This document shows, in pieces, positions 19,608 to 27,485 of a stretch of DNA of 28,720 nt (its first letter is position 1; every line of letters begins with the position of its first letter). Below the pieces are notes generated by a model. That model was given only the letters and a program-made list of their open reading frames with translations, did no database searches and was not told the origin of the DNA. Made by a program: the position numbers and the translations under genes. This stretch comes from a virus (Duplodnaviria; Caudoviricetes), in IMG/VR virus record IMGVR_UViG_3300021962_000489, positions 1 to 28,720 of that record. One strand, given 5' to 3'.

Positions 19608-20480
19608 GTGGAAATAATAAAAGCTACATACGGAGGAGTTGATTGTATTGAAAAGATACGAGCTAAAATAAACGGAAATAAGCTTATAATTCGTTCTAGT
19701 AATGACATTATAGGAGACACTCAACCAGGAGTTGTGAAGTATCTAGATCTTACGATAGAAAATAAAGGAGTAACTACTGTTCATAGTATTAAAGAGCATA
19801 ACCTCTTTGTATTTCCTCAATCAGAACACGAGAGATTGGGGATATTCTATTCAAATAATAATAACAGTACTATATACCCTGCAATTAAAGCATCGTTAAA
19901 ATCAATTCTAAAAGCGTCTGAGAATAAGGCTGATATTTTAACGTGTATGTGGCAGCATGAACCTGAAAATCCTTTTCCGGAGTTTATCGCCTGGACCCAT
20001 ACTTGTAGCCATTTAAACCAATTACTTCAAGTAATGCAATTGCTTTACCAAGCAAGAGAGATTAACAAATACAAGTACGTTTCTTTCTTAGAACACGATG
20101 TATTATATCCAGAAGGTTATTTTGATTTTCCTGAATTTGAAGAAGGAAGTGTAATGACAAATATGAATTACATGGGTATTAATTCTGAAGGATTTCAACC
20201 GCTAGGACAGAAAGATGAACCTTTTCATCAAATGACAATGAGGTTTGATGAAGCAATTCGACATTGCGAGTCGATATTATCTAATGCTCTTATTCGAAAT
20301 GCTGGACTTATAGAACCTCAAACCCTGATACGAAAGCAGTGGGAATCTAATCACCCTGCAATACACGTAAATCACGGGAAACACTTTACTTCTCATTATA
20401 ACGTTTACACAAAGAATGTTTTTCCGGAACACAACTACTGGGGCTTACATAAGGATGTTTGGCCGTTTTACTATTTATAA
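19608..20480 (+). CDS. Putative glycosyltransferase (GT-A) with an N-terminal SUEL/galactose-lectin-like domain
   Basis: GTG start. N-terminal IIKATYGG..IIGDTQPGVVKYL, then KYVSFLEHDVLYP (ExD in the DxD position) and a C-terminal HVNHGKHFT. Confidence 0.6.
   Translation: MEIIKATYGGVDCIEKIRAKINGNKLIIRSSNDIIGDTQPGVVKYLDLTIENKGVTTVHSIKEHNLFVFPQSEHERLGIFYSNNNNSTIYPAIKASLKSILKASENKADILTCMWQHEPENPFPEFIAWTHTCSHLNQLLQVMQLLYQAREINKYKYVSFLEHDVLYPEGYFDFPEFEEGSVMTNMNYMGINSEGFQPLGQKDEPFHQMTMRFDEAIRHCESILSNALIRNAGLIEPQTLIRKQWESNHPAIHVNHGKHFTSHYNVYTKNVFPEHNYWGLHKDVWPFYYL
20472..20479 (+). promoter_or_regulatory. Candidate late promoter motif TATTTATA
   Basis: Overlaps the end of the GT gene, 3 nt before ATG 20483. 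Confidence 0.45.
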
Positions 20481-20482
20481 GT

Positions 20483-20854
20483 ATGCCATCGTACGCACCA
20501 TATACATTAGATCTAGGAGCTGAAACTACAATTTACGTAAATGAAGTAAAATGTAGAGTTTTAGAGAATGATTTTAATTATTCCCAGAACCCTACTGTAT
20601 TCAAAGCAACTACTCTTATTACAGGTTCTTCTGCATTACCTTTTTATGCACCAGAAAGCGGTTCCGCTATAAACGGTCAAATTGTAGACGGTACCCTAGC
20701 CGATAATATAACAGGATCTTCCTTTCACCCCTACGCAACTACTGTAGGACTTTACAACGAAGCTAACGAGTTACTTGTTATCGGAAAATTAGCTACTCCT
20801 TACCCTATTCCTTCTAATACAGATATAACTTTTATTGTTAGATGGGATAGTTAA
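20483..20854 (+). CDS. Stand-alone C-terminal tail-collar-like domain, paralogous to the C-terminus of 15627..16712
   Basis: FNYSQNPTVF..PYATTVGLYNEANELLVIGKLATP..FIVRWDS. Start moved from the track's TTG 20459 to ATG 20483, which removes the overlap and follows the promoter motif. Confidence 0.7.
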   Translation: MPSYAPYTLDLGAETTIYVNEVKCRVLENDFNYSQNPTVFKATTLITGSSALPFYAPESGSAINGQIVDGTLADNITGSSFHPYATTVGLYNEANELLVIGKLATPYPIPSNTDITFIVRWDS

Positions 20855-20872
20855 CAACGTAATTACAAGTTT

Positions 20873-21340
20873 ATGACTGAAAAATGGTTTATATATGAAG
20901 GCGGTTTCGTAAAAGAGTACGATTCTGTCGATAAATTCCCTGAAAAATGTGTAGGTTTCGTGTATAAGATTACCAACATAAAGACTGGTAAATTCTACAT
21001 CGGTAGAAAATCTCTTTTTTCAAATACCAAGAAAAAACTAACTAAGAAAGAACTTGCCGAACACGAGGGTCCGGGCAGAAAACCTACAAAAAAGCTTGTA
21101 ACTAAGGAATCTAACTGGCAAGATTACTGGGGATCTAATAAAACTATCTTAGATGAAATTAAGCAGACTGGATCTCAAGACTTCCGTAAAGAAATACTTA
21201 AGTTCTGCTTTAATAAAAAACAACTTACTTACTGGGAAGTGCATTATCAGTGCATAGAAGGAGTTCTCATGTCGGATAAGTCTTACAACGACAATATCTT
21301 AGCTAAGTTTTTTCGCAAAGATTTGGAAATCTCAGAATAA
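20873..21340 (+). CDS. GIY-YIG family endonuclease
   Basis: GFVYKITNIKTGKFYIGRK, YWGS, FRKEIL, conserved E (YWEV) and YN. Confidence 0.8.
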   Translation: MTEKWFIYEGGFVKEYDSVDKFPEKCVGFVYKITNIKTGKFYIGRKSLFSNTKKKLTKKELAEHEGPGRKPTKKLVTKESNWQDYWGSNKTILDEIKQTGSQDFRKEILKFCFNKKQLTYWEVHYQCIEGVLMSDKSYNDNILAKFFRKDLEISE

Positions 21341-21353
21341 TTCCTTAATATTC
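21322..21353 (+). promoter_or_regulatory. Weak candidate host-type promoter for primase/exonuclease
   Basis: TTTG(21322-21325)-20 nt-TAATATTC. Spacing is similar to 226-257 but the second box is a poorer match. Confidence 0.3.
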
Positions 21354-21373
21354 CTAATAGAAGAGGAGTATAC

Positions 21374-22297
21374 ATGGAAAATTCACGTCTAGTTTTAGGT
21401 CTTTTGCATAGTTTAATAGGAAAATCAAAGCCTTCAACAAAAGGTAACTATGCCTTTCACTGTCCATTCTGCAAGCATCATAAACCTAAGTTAGAAATAG
21501 ACCCTAAAACAGGTTTTTACCATTGTTGGACTTGTCAACCTGCTACAAAAGGAAGGAATCTAGTTTCTCTCCTCAAAAAATTACATGCTAGTCCCGCACA
21601 GCTAACTGAAATGCGAGGATACTTCCCAGACGGAAAAGGTAATGTCGAAGATAAAACGTACACAGTCGTACAGTTACCGAAAGAGTTCATACCTCTTGTA
21701 CAAAGTAGTACAAAGCTAGTTTATAGACAAGCTAAAGCTTACGTAAAGAGTAGAGGTATAACAGAAAAGGATATTTTAAAGTATAATATCGGGTACTGTG
21801 AATCTGGTAAGTACGCAAATTCAGTAATTATACCCTCTTACGATAAAAACGGACGTATTAATTATTTTATTTCTAGGTCTTTTGAAAGAGATCCAGCTAG
21901 AAAGTATAATGCACCTTCTTGTAATAAAAACGAGTTGATAGGATTTGAGTATTATATTAATTGGAAGGTACCTGTAATATTATGTGAAGGTATTTTCGAT
22001 GCAATTGCACTAAGAAGAAACGCGATACCCTTGTTTGGTAAGTCGATACCTAAAGCCCTCATGATGAAGTTAGTAGAGAACGATGTACGGACGGTATATT
22101 TGGCTCTAGATAATGACGCTTTGAAAGAAGCCTTAAAATATTCTGTAGACCTTTTAAACCTCGGTAAAGATGTTTACCTTATTGAGCTTAATAGTAAAGA
22201 TCCATCGGAAATAGGCTTTGAGGAAATGACTAAATACTTGCATACTGCCAAGCAGCTTACCTTTAGAGAATTACTTTTAAAAAAAATGCACCTATGA
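21374..22297 (+). CDS. DNA primase (Zn-binding domain plus TOPRIM)
   Basis: CPFC..H..YHCWTC zinc ribbon, SVIIPSYD..YFISR, CEGIFDAIA and LALDNDA (TOPRIM DxD). Confidence 0.9.
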   Translation: MENSRLVLGLLHSLIGKSKPSTKGNYAFHCPFCKHHKPKLEIDPKTGFYHCWTCQPATKGRNLVSLLKKLHASPAQLTEMRGYFPDGKGNVEDKTYTVVQLPKEFIPLVQSSTKLVYRQAKAYVKSRGITEKDILKYNIGYCESGKYANSVIIPSYDKNGRINYFISRSFERDPARKYNAPSCNKNELIGFEYYINWKVPVILCEGIFDAIALRRNAIPLFGKSIPKALMMKLVENDVRTVYLALDNDALKEALKYSVDLLNLGKDVYLIELNSKDPSEIGFEEMTKYLHTAKQLTFRELLLKKMHL

Positions 22298-22932
22298 TAA
22301 TTGAACAAAGAAGCCCGGAGTGGTTTGATCTTAGAAGAGGTAAGATAACTAGTTCTGAAATCCATAAAATAATGGGAAAAGAGTCGTTTAGTGAGACTGC
22401 TAAAACGTACTTACTTGAAAAAGTGTGTGAACATTATAACGGGTACAGTGAACCGGCTTCTGGACAAGCCCTAGACTGGGGTACAGAGATGGAGTCTGTA
22501 GCTATAGAGTATTACGAACAGGCAACCGGTTTAAAAGTAGATAAAGCTCCTTTTATCGCCTATAACGACTACTACGGAGGCTCTCCAGATGGTCTTGTTT
22601 CGCCGAATGGAATTATAGAAGTAAAGTGTCCTTATAAATCTGCTAACCATTTCAAGCATGGACTTATAGATACTCCAGAAAAGTTTAAAAAAGCTACACC
22701 AAACTACTACTACCAGTGTATATCGAATATGATTTGCGCTAAAGCTACGTGGTGTGACTTTATTAGCTTTGATCCTCGCGTAAAAGAAGGGTACCAGATG
22801 TTTGTATTCAGGTTAGAATTAAATCATGAAGAAGCAGAGAGTATTAAGGAGAGGGTAGATTCTGCAGTAGAGTACATGGCTGGGTTGAAAATAGAGATAG
22901 AAGCTGCTCGTTCAAACAACTCTTCCTGCTAG
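22294..22932 (+). CDS. YqaJ-like / lambda-exonuclease family nuclease
   Basis: QRSPEWFDLRRGKITSSE, WGTEME, GSPDGLV, IEVKCP, YYYQC, CDFISFDPR. Confidence 0.92.
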   Translation: MIIEQRSPEWFDLRRGKITSSEIHKIMGKESFSETAKTYLLEKVCEHYNGYSEPASGQALDWGTEMESVAIEYYEQATGLKVDKAPFIAYNDYYGGSPDGLVSPNGIIEVKCPYKSANHFKHGLIDTPEKFKKATPNYYYQCISNMICAKATWCDFISFDPRVKEGYQMFVFRLELNHEEAESIKERVDSAVEYMAGLKIEIEAARSNNSSC

Positions 22933-22933
22933 A

Positions 22934-22941
22934 TATTTATA
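22934..22941 (+). promoter_or_regulatory. Candidate late promoter motif TATTTATA
   Basis: In a 15-nt intergenic gap, 6 nt before ATG 22948. Confidence 0.5.
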
Positions 22942-22947
22942 ATCAGT

Positions 22948-23529
22948 ATGATTAATGCTGAATTATTAGGAAAAAGGATCGCAGAAGCTATTTTAAATGA
23001 ATCTGGACCTTGTTTCTATCCAGGAAGGTTTAAGCCACCACACAAAGGACACTACCAAGCTGCTAAAGACTTAGCTAGTAGAGACTATGTGAAAATGGTA
23101 TATATTATTATAAGTAATAAAGTTGTTGACGGAATTACTCCAGAAGATTCTCTTGCTATTTGGAATATGTATCTTGCAGCAGAACCAAACCCTAAAATCA
23201 AAGTACAAATCTCTAAAAAAGAATCACCAGTAGTTGATATCTACGAATACCTTGAGAAAAATCCGACGGTAAGTCCGGTATATGTTTCTGCAGGAGATGA
23301 TGAGATTGACGATGTAGAGTATGTTTCTTCTTTGCAGAAAGAATTTGGAGATAGAGTAAAACTTATAAAGGTTCATGAAAAAGCAGGAGAAATAACAGCC
23401 CCGCACGTTAGAAATTTACTAGCTACTGGCGATTACGAAGGTTTTGCAGAAGCAGTACCTCAAGCTGCATTCAATAAAGGTGCTGCACCGAAAATTTTTA
23501 AAATGCTTGCACCAAAAATCGAAAAGTAA
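22948..23529 (+). CDS. Cytidylyltransferase-like (HxGH) nucleotidyltransferase
   Basis: FYPGRFKPPHKGH and C-terminal ITAPHVRNLL (SxSxxR-like position). Confidence 0.8.
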   Translation: MINAELLGKRIAEAILNESGPCFYPGRFKPPHKGHYQAAKDLASRDYVKMVYIIISNKVVDGITPEDSLAIWNMYLAAEPNPKIKVQISKKESPVVDIYEYLEKNPTVSPVYVSAGDDEIDDVEYVSSLQKEFGDRVKLIKVHEKAGEITAPHVRNLLATGDYEGFAEAVPQAAFNKGAAPKIFKMLAPKIEK

Positions 23530-24314
23530 TGGACCAAAATAAATTAGACTTACTAAAACACTTTATTCGCTTCTGTAAAAAGGAGTTAAACATACAGTCT
23601 TTACCTAAAATTTCAATGGTAAACGATAAGTCCTTCGTTGAAGACCGTAGATCTTTTGGTGAGTATAGTCCCGGATTAATGTCAATTAAGGTATTTTATC
23701 CAGGAAGAAACCTAGCCGACGTTTGTAGAAGTCTTGCACACGAATTAACTCATCATCGCCAGCAAGAGTTAGACTTAATTTATGATTTAGCAGGTGAAAC
23801 TGGTACAGAAATTGAGAATGATGCTAATGCAATGGCAGGTATTATAATGAGAGAGTATGGAAGACTCAATCCCAACGTATATGATCTTGAAAATCTAAAA
23901 CAAGTACCTTTAAGAGAAGTAGGAAGACTTGAAAATCCCTATCCATGGAAGTACGACTTTGTAGATGATGACGGGAACATATTTTATTCTTTTAATACTC
24001 CGGAACATACTTATAGTGTGGCATTTACCTTGCATGATGAAGATCGATACGAACTCTTTTTTAATACTGCAGGAGATATGGGACAGGATACTGGAGAGAA
24101 TGTAGCTATGAGAGTACTTTCAACCGTAGGAGATATTACAAACAAGTTTATTGAGAAATATAAACCCGAAGAAGTAGTTTTTCGCCCTATTAAAACTAAA
24201 GGAGAGGGAGATGAAAGAAGATTTAGAGTATACAAAATCTACTTAGAAAAAAACTTACCTTCAGACTATAAGTTATTTACGATGGCGAATACGTTCCATC
24301 TTATGAAAAAATAA
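23529..24314 (+). CDS. Two-domain protein: HExxH metallopeptidase-like domain plus unknown C-terminal domain
   Basis: RSLAHELTHHRQ..ENDANAMAG; a second domain follows LRE-VG. Confidence 0.65.
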   Translation: MDQNKLDLLKHFIRFCKKELNIQSLPKISMVNDKSFVEDRRSFGEYSPGLMSIKVFYPGRNLADVCRSLAHELTHHRQQELDLIYDLAGETGTEIENDANAMAGIIMREYGRLNPNVYDLENLKQVPLREVGRLENPYPWKYDFVDDDGNIFYSFNTPEHTYSVAFTLHDEDRYELFFNTAGDMGQDTGENVAMRVLSTVGDITNKFIEKYKPEEVVFRPIKTKGEGDERRFRVYKIYLEKNLPSDYKLFTMANTFHLMKK

Positions 24315-24320
24315 ACCGTT

Positions 24321-24923
24321 ATGGAAAATACATTAAAAAAAGAGTTTAATCCTCGCGATGTACAGAGGATGCGAAATATTATCACCGGTAATACTAACGA
24401 TAGAACTCAAATACAGACCGGATACGAGAAAAACAGTCAAGTCTATAAAGAAGGGGATGTTTGGGAAGAGAATGGAAAAAAATGGACAATTAAAAACGGA
24501 ATAAAACAGTCCATAACTAAGCTTGATGAAATTAAGAAGCTTGTTGTAATACCTTTTTCTTGTCCGGAATGTAGACAAGTAATGAAAGTTAACGAGTACA
24601 ACAAGAAAATGTGGGCAATACATCAAAAGTGTTTTGACTGTGTAGTTAAGATGGAAAGTGAAATGAAACGTTTAGGAAAGTGGAATGAATACTGTGATAA
24701 TATTATGAACCGAAACAAGAATGCCGAACTAGACGATCTAGAGAGAGCATTAGAGGATTGGGTTGAAGAGTCAGAAACCTTTGTATCTGAAGCTGGTGAA
24801 GTAGAGAAATGGGGGGGCGGAGATAAAAAAGCAATATACAAGCAGGTAAAAGAGGAGATTGCTGAACTAAAGAAACGCGATATTTATAATGGAAAAAAAC
24901 CAGAAGAAAATGCCATTTGCTAG
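24321..24923 (+). CDS. Hypothetical protein with CxxC..CxxC zinc-binding motif
   Basis: CPEC..HQKCFDC. Confidence 0.65.
   Translation: MENTLKKEFNPRDVQRMRNIITGNTNDRTQIQTGYEKNSQVYKEGDVWEENGKKWTIKNGIKQSITKLDEIKKLVVIPFSCPECRQVMKVNEYNKKMWAIHQKCFDCVVKMESEMKRLGKWNEYCDNIMNRNKNAELDDLERALEDWVEESETFVSEAGEVEKWGGGDKKAIYKQVKEEIAELKKRDIYNGKKPEENAIC
24881..24888 (+). promoter_or_regulatory. Candidate late promoter motif TATTTATA
   Basis: Inside the 3' end of the upstream gene, 21 nt before ATG 24910. Confidence 0.4.
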
Positions 24924-25488
24924 TAGAGCTCAACAAGAATTTATGTTCGTCAAACATCCCAAGGTTGCAAAAAAGTGGGCAAAACATACTCCTGATATTA
25001 AGAACCTACCTCAACATGTTAGTGAAGATTCTGTAATGCAAGATCATTGGGAACATCCTGGATGTGAAGATAAGATCGGCAAGATTTTCGTAGTTCTAAA
25101 GCCATCTCCTGAGTCTACTCCAAAGGACGTAGTACACCAAACACATGCTTTTGGTATGGGACAGTACGAGCCGCAAGATGTTCATGGCGTATATATGGAT
25201 AAAGATGAAGCAGATCTAGTAGCGGAAGCAGCTTGTACTGAATTGTATAAACACCTTTCAGAAGTTGAAAAGAAAAAAGATCATGTGATGAGTGAAATCG
25301 AAAAGCATATCGCTAGACTTCAAAAAGAGATTAATTCTCACATGAAAGAAGCTACTAGCCATCCAGAACTTGCTGAAGGTCATCACCAACTTGCAGAAAA
25401 GAAGATGAATATGATTAAAGGGTTACACGGTAAACATAAAGCAGTTAAGTCTGCAAAGAAAGAATTACCTAAAAAAGACGAAAAATAA
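24910..25488 (+). CDS. Hypothetical modular protein (basic N-terminal peptide, acidic middle, His/Lys-rich coiled coil)
   Basis: MPFASRAQQEFMFVKHPKVAKKWAKHTP basic module. ATG 24910 preferred over 24889, which abuts the promoter motif. Confidence 0.6.
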   Translation: MPFASRAQQEFMFVKHPKVAKKWAKHTPDIKNLPQHVSEDSVMQDHWEHPGCEDKIGKIFVVLKPSPESTPKDVVHQTHAFGMGQYEPQDVHGVYMDKDEADLVAEAACTELYKHLSEVEKKKDHVMSEIEKHIARLQKEINSHMKEATSHPELAEGHHQLAEKKMNMIKGLHGKHKAVKSAKKELPKKDEK

Positions 25489-25850
25489 TGGAACAGTACG
25501 GTACTTTTATTGGAACCTTGATGCAGAGTCGTAACCAAGCTCACATCTATCATCTTCAGACCAACTCCTATGCACAGCACGTTGCTTTACAAGGATATTA
25601 CGAAGGTATTATTGATCTTATCGACGGACTAGTCGAATCTTACCAAGGACGTTATGGTATTCTCCGCGGCTATAAGATGGCAGGCGTAATTAAAGAAGAC
25701 GAGAACGTTGTAACCTATTTTGAAGGACTTGCTAAGTTTGTAGAAACTATTAGAACTCAAATTCCACAAGATTCTTATATTCAAAACCAGGTTGACGAAG
25801 TAGTCGACTTAGTTGAATCTACTAAGTATAAGCTTAAATTTTTACACTAA
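25488..25850 (+). CDS. Ferritin/Dps-like four-helix protein
   Basis: [38 protein letters not shown] carries the H..H..D..E Dps-type ligand pattern. Confidence 0.75.
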   Translation: MEQYGTFIGTLMQSRNQAHIYHLQTNSYAQHVALQGYYEGIIDLIDGLVESYQGRYGILRGYKMAGVIKEDENVVTYFEGLAKFVETIRTQIPQDSYIQNQVDEVVDLVESTKYKLKFLH

Positions 25851-26350
25851 TGCTTGACGAAAAGAAAGGTACTTGCTGTGGTAAATGTGGACACGTTCAC
25901 GTAAAAGGGACTTCATGTCCCAAACCTTTTTTAACAGGAAAAAGTCACTGTAGTAGGAGAACTAATGAAATGCATACCATGGCCGATGACGGTCCGGATG
26001 AGTTTCACCAAGTAAGAGCCGATCATGAAGAAAGCTACGAAACAGAAGACTACTGTGCATCCTGTCTTGGTGAATATCTTCTAGAATACGAACATAAGAT
26101 AGAGGAAGCTGAGTATAAGGGACGAAAAGTAACTCTTGGTAAACCATTCTTAACACCCGGCGGTCCTAAAAAGAGGTCTGTATACGTTAAGAATGCTAAA
26201 GGAAATGTCGTAAAGGTTAACTTCGGTGATCCTAACATGCGAATAAAGAAATCCAATCCTGCACGCAGGAGAAGTTTTAGAGCTAGACATAAATGTGACA
26301 CCCCGGGACCTCGTTGGAAAGCAAGATACTGGTCCTGTAAAGCTTGGTAA
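25850..26350 (+). CDS. Modular protein: Cys/His N-terminal module, acidic linker, highly basic C-terminal domain
   Basis: [12 protein letters not shown]; C-terminal [30 protein letters not shown], a viral domain I recall as DUF6321-like (unverified). Confidence 0.65.
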   Translation: MLDEKKGTCCGKCGHVHVKGTSCPKPFLTGKSHCSRRTNEMHTMADDGPDEFHQVRADHEESYETEDYCASCLGEYLLEYEHKIEEAEYKGRKVTLGKPFLTPGGPKKRSVYVKNAKGNVVKVNFGDPNMRIKKSNPARRRSFRARHKCDTPGPRWKARYWSCKAW

Positions 26351-26749
26351 ATGATTAAGCTCGTAGACATATTAAATGAAATAATTGAAGAGAAAGACGA
26401 TAGGTGTCTACGTATTGCTCGCCGTAAGTACGATAAGCCTTCTGCTTACAGATCAGGTGCTATCGTTAGATGTCGTAGAGGAGAAATTTGGAAAGGTTTA
26501 AAAGAAGAAGATCTTATACAAGAAAAAGAATCTCTTCACAAATGGTTCTCTAGACAAGGCGGAGAAGGAGGATCAAAGGGTTGGGTCGATTGTAATACAT
26601 GTCGTAAAGACCCGAAAACAGGTAGAAAAAAATGTAAAGCATGCGGTCGTCAAAAAGGCGAAGAGAGAGCTAAGTATCCATCCTGCCGACCAACACCATC
26701 TCAATGTAGTAGATCAGGTAAAGGTAAAACTTGGGGAAAAACAAAATGA
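26351..26749 (+). CDS. Basic Cys-rich protein with MIKLVDILNE leader
   Basis: PSAYRSGAIVRCR and LHKWF..WVDC..CGR..YPSCRP modules (DUF5872-like from memory, unverified). Confidence 0.65.
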   Translation: MIKLVDILNEIIEEKDDRCLRIARRKYDKPSAYRSGAIVRCRRGEIWKGLKEEDLIQEKESLHKWFSRQGGEGGSKGWVDCNTCRKDPKTGRKKCKACGRQKGEERAKYPSCRPTPSQCSRSGKGKTWGKTK

Positions 26750-27129
26750 TTAAGTTAATTGACATACTAAAAGAAAGTACGTTTGATTCTAAACAGCACG
26801 TAGCAATATTTACTGGTCCTGACGGAACTGCTAATGTATATAAATTAGCCGACGGTACGTATTATGCTGAAGTAGAAGGAGATCCTTCATACGATATGAT
26901 AGCAAAAGATGCTATGGAGATGGCAGTTAAACTAAAAAGAGATGGCCTAACAACTCGAGTAGCAGGTGAATTAGAAGAAGGAGTTCATGATCCAGTCAAA
27001 CCTGGAATTCTCAAAAAAAGACTCGGAAAACTATCATGTTCTAGAGTGAGATCGGCTAAATCCAAGTTAAAAGACAAAGGAACGCATTATGCAAAAGCGT
27101 TACAGCGATATTTAAACTATCATTGCTAA
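26746..27129 (+). CDS. Two-module protein with MIKLIDILKE leader
   Basis: Start moved to ATG 26746 (ATGA overlap with the upstream stop), which exposes the shared leader. Basic C-terminal module after LEE. Confidence 0.65.
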   Translation: MIKLIDILKESTFDSKQHVAIFTGPDGTANVYKLADGTYYAEVEGDPSYDMIAKDAMEMAVKLKRDGLTTRVAGELEEGVHDPVKPGILKKRLGKLSCSRVRSAKSKLKDKGTHYAKALQRYLNYHC

Positions 27130-27485
27130 TGATCAATCCTAAAGACATAGAAGTATTTAATCGTGCAGTTAAGGGTAACTATAAGTTTAAGAAACTAAGC
27201 GATTCTTTATATTTTGCTCAGATTGACAAGAATGAATTAGGAGCTTTTAATCTAATAGTTAACGATGCTGGTATCTATTTATATGAGTATCCTGGACAGA
27301 GTGGAGTATTTTTCGAAATAGTCTATAAGTTAACAGGAGGACATTTCAGCACTGCTTTAATAGGAAAAGTAGAAAACGGTAAATTCATACAGTTTAATCT
27401 TAAAGATTTTTCTGATGAAATAACTGTTCTTCCACGGAAAGTTGAAAAGCAAATAAACGATAAAATAACAAAAGCCTTAAAATGA
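27129..27485 (+). CDS. Hypothetical protein
   Basis: ATG 27129 in a TAATG overlap; ends in an ATGA overlap with the next gene; no motif recognised. Confidence 0.6.
   Translation: MINPKDIEVFNRAVKGNYKFKKLSDSLYFAQIDKNELGAFNLIVNDAGIYLYEYPGQSGVFFEIVYKLTGGHFSTALIGKVENGKFIQFNLKDFSDEITVLPRKVEKQINDKITKALK

Noticed and set aside
17260-20482. Cassette as a transposon, intron or intein
   Set aside because: No transposase, integrase, terminal repeats or splicing motifs were seen. The downstream half has its own start codon.
20873-21340. GIY-YIG gene as an intron-borne or mobile homing endonuclease
   Set aside because: It is free-standing between intact genes, with no room for intron RNA structure and no obvious C-terminal DNA-binding repeats. 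Mobility cannot be supported.
24811-24817. G7 homopolymer as a phase-variation tract
   Set aside because: It is short, encodes W-G-G in an intact frame, and nothing in a single sequence shows variation.
25920-26160. KPFLT occurring twice in ORF 25850
   Set aside because: Only five residues with unrelated flanks; this could be chance.
5160-26370. Other short minus-strand or alternate-frame ORFs in the track (5160, 7064, 15310, 19535, 22174, 23224, 24011, 24333, 24623, 24703, 25383, 25962, 26050)
   Set aside because: All overlap well-supported + strand genes and show no recognisable motifs.
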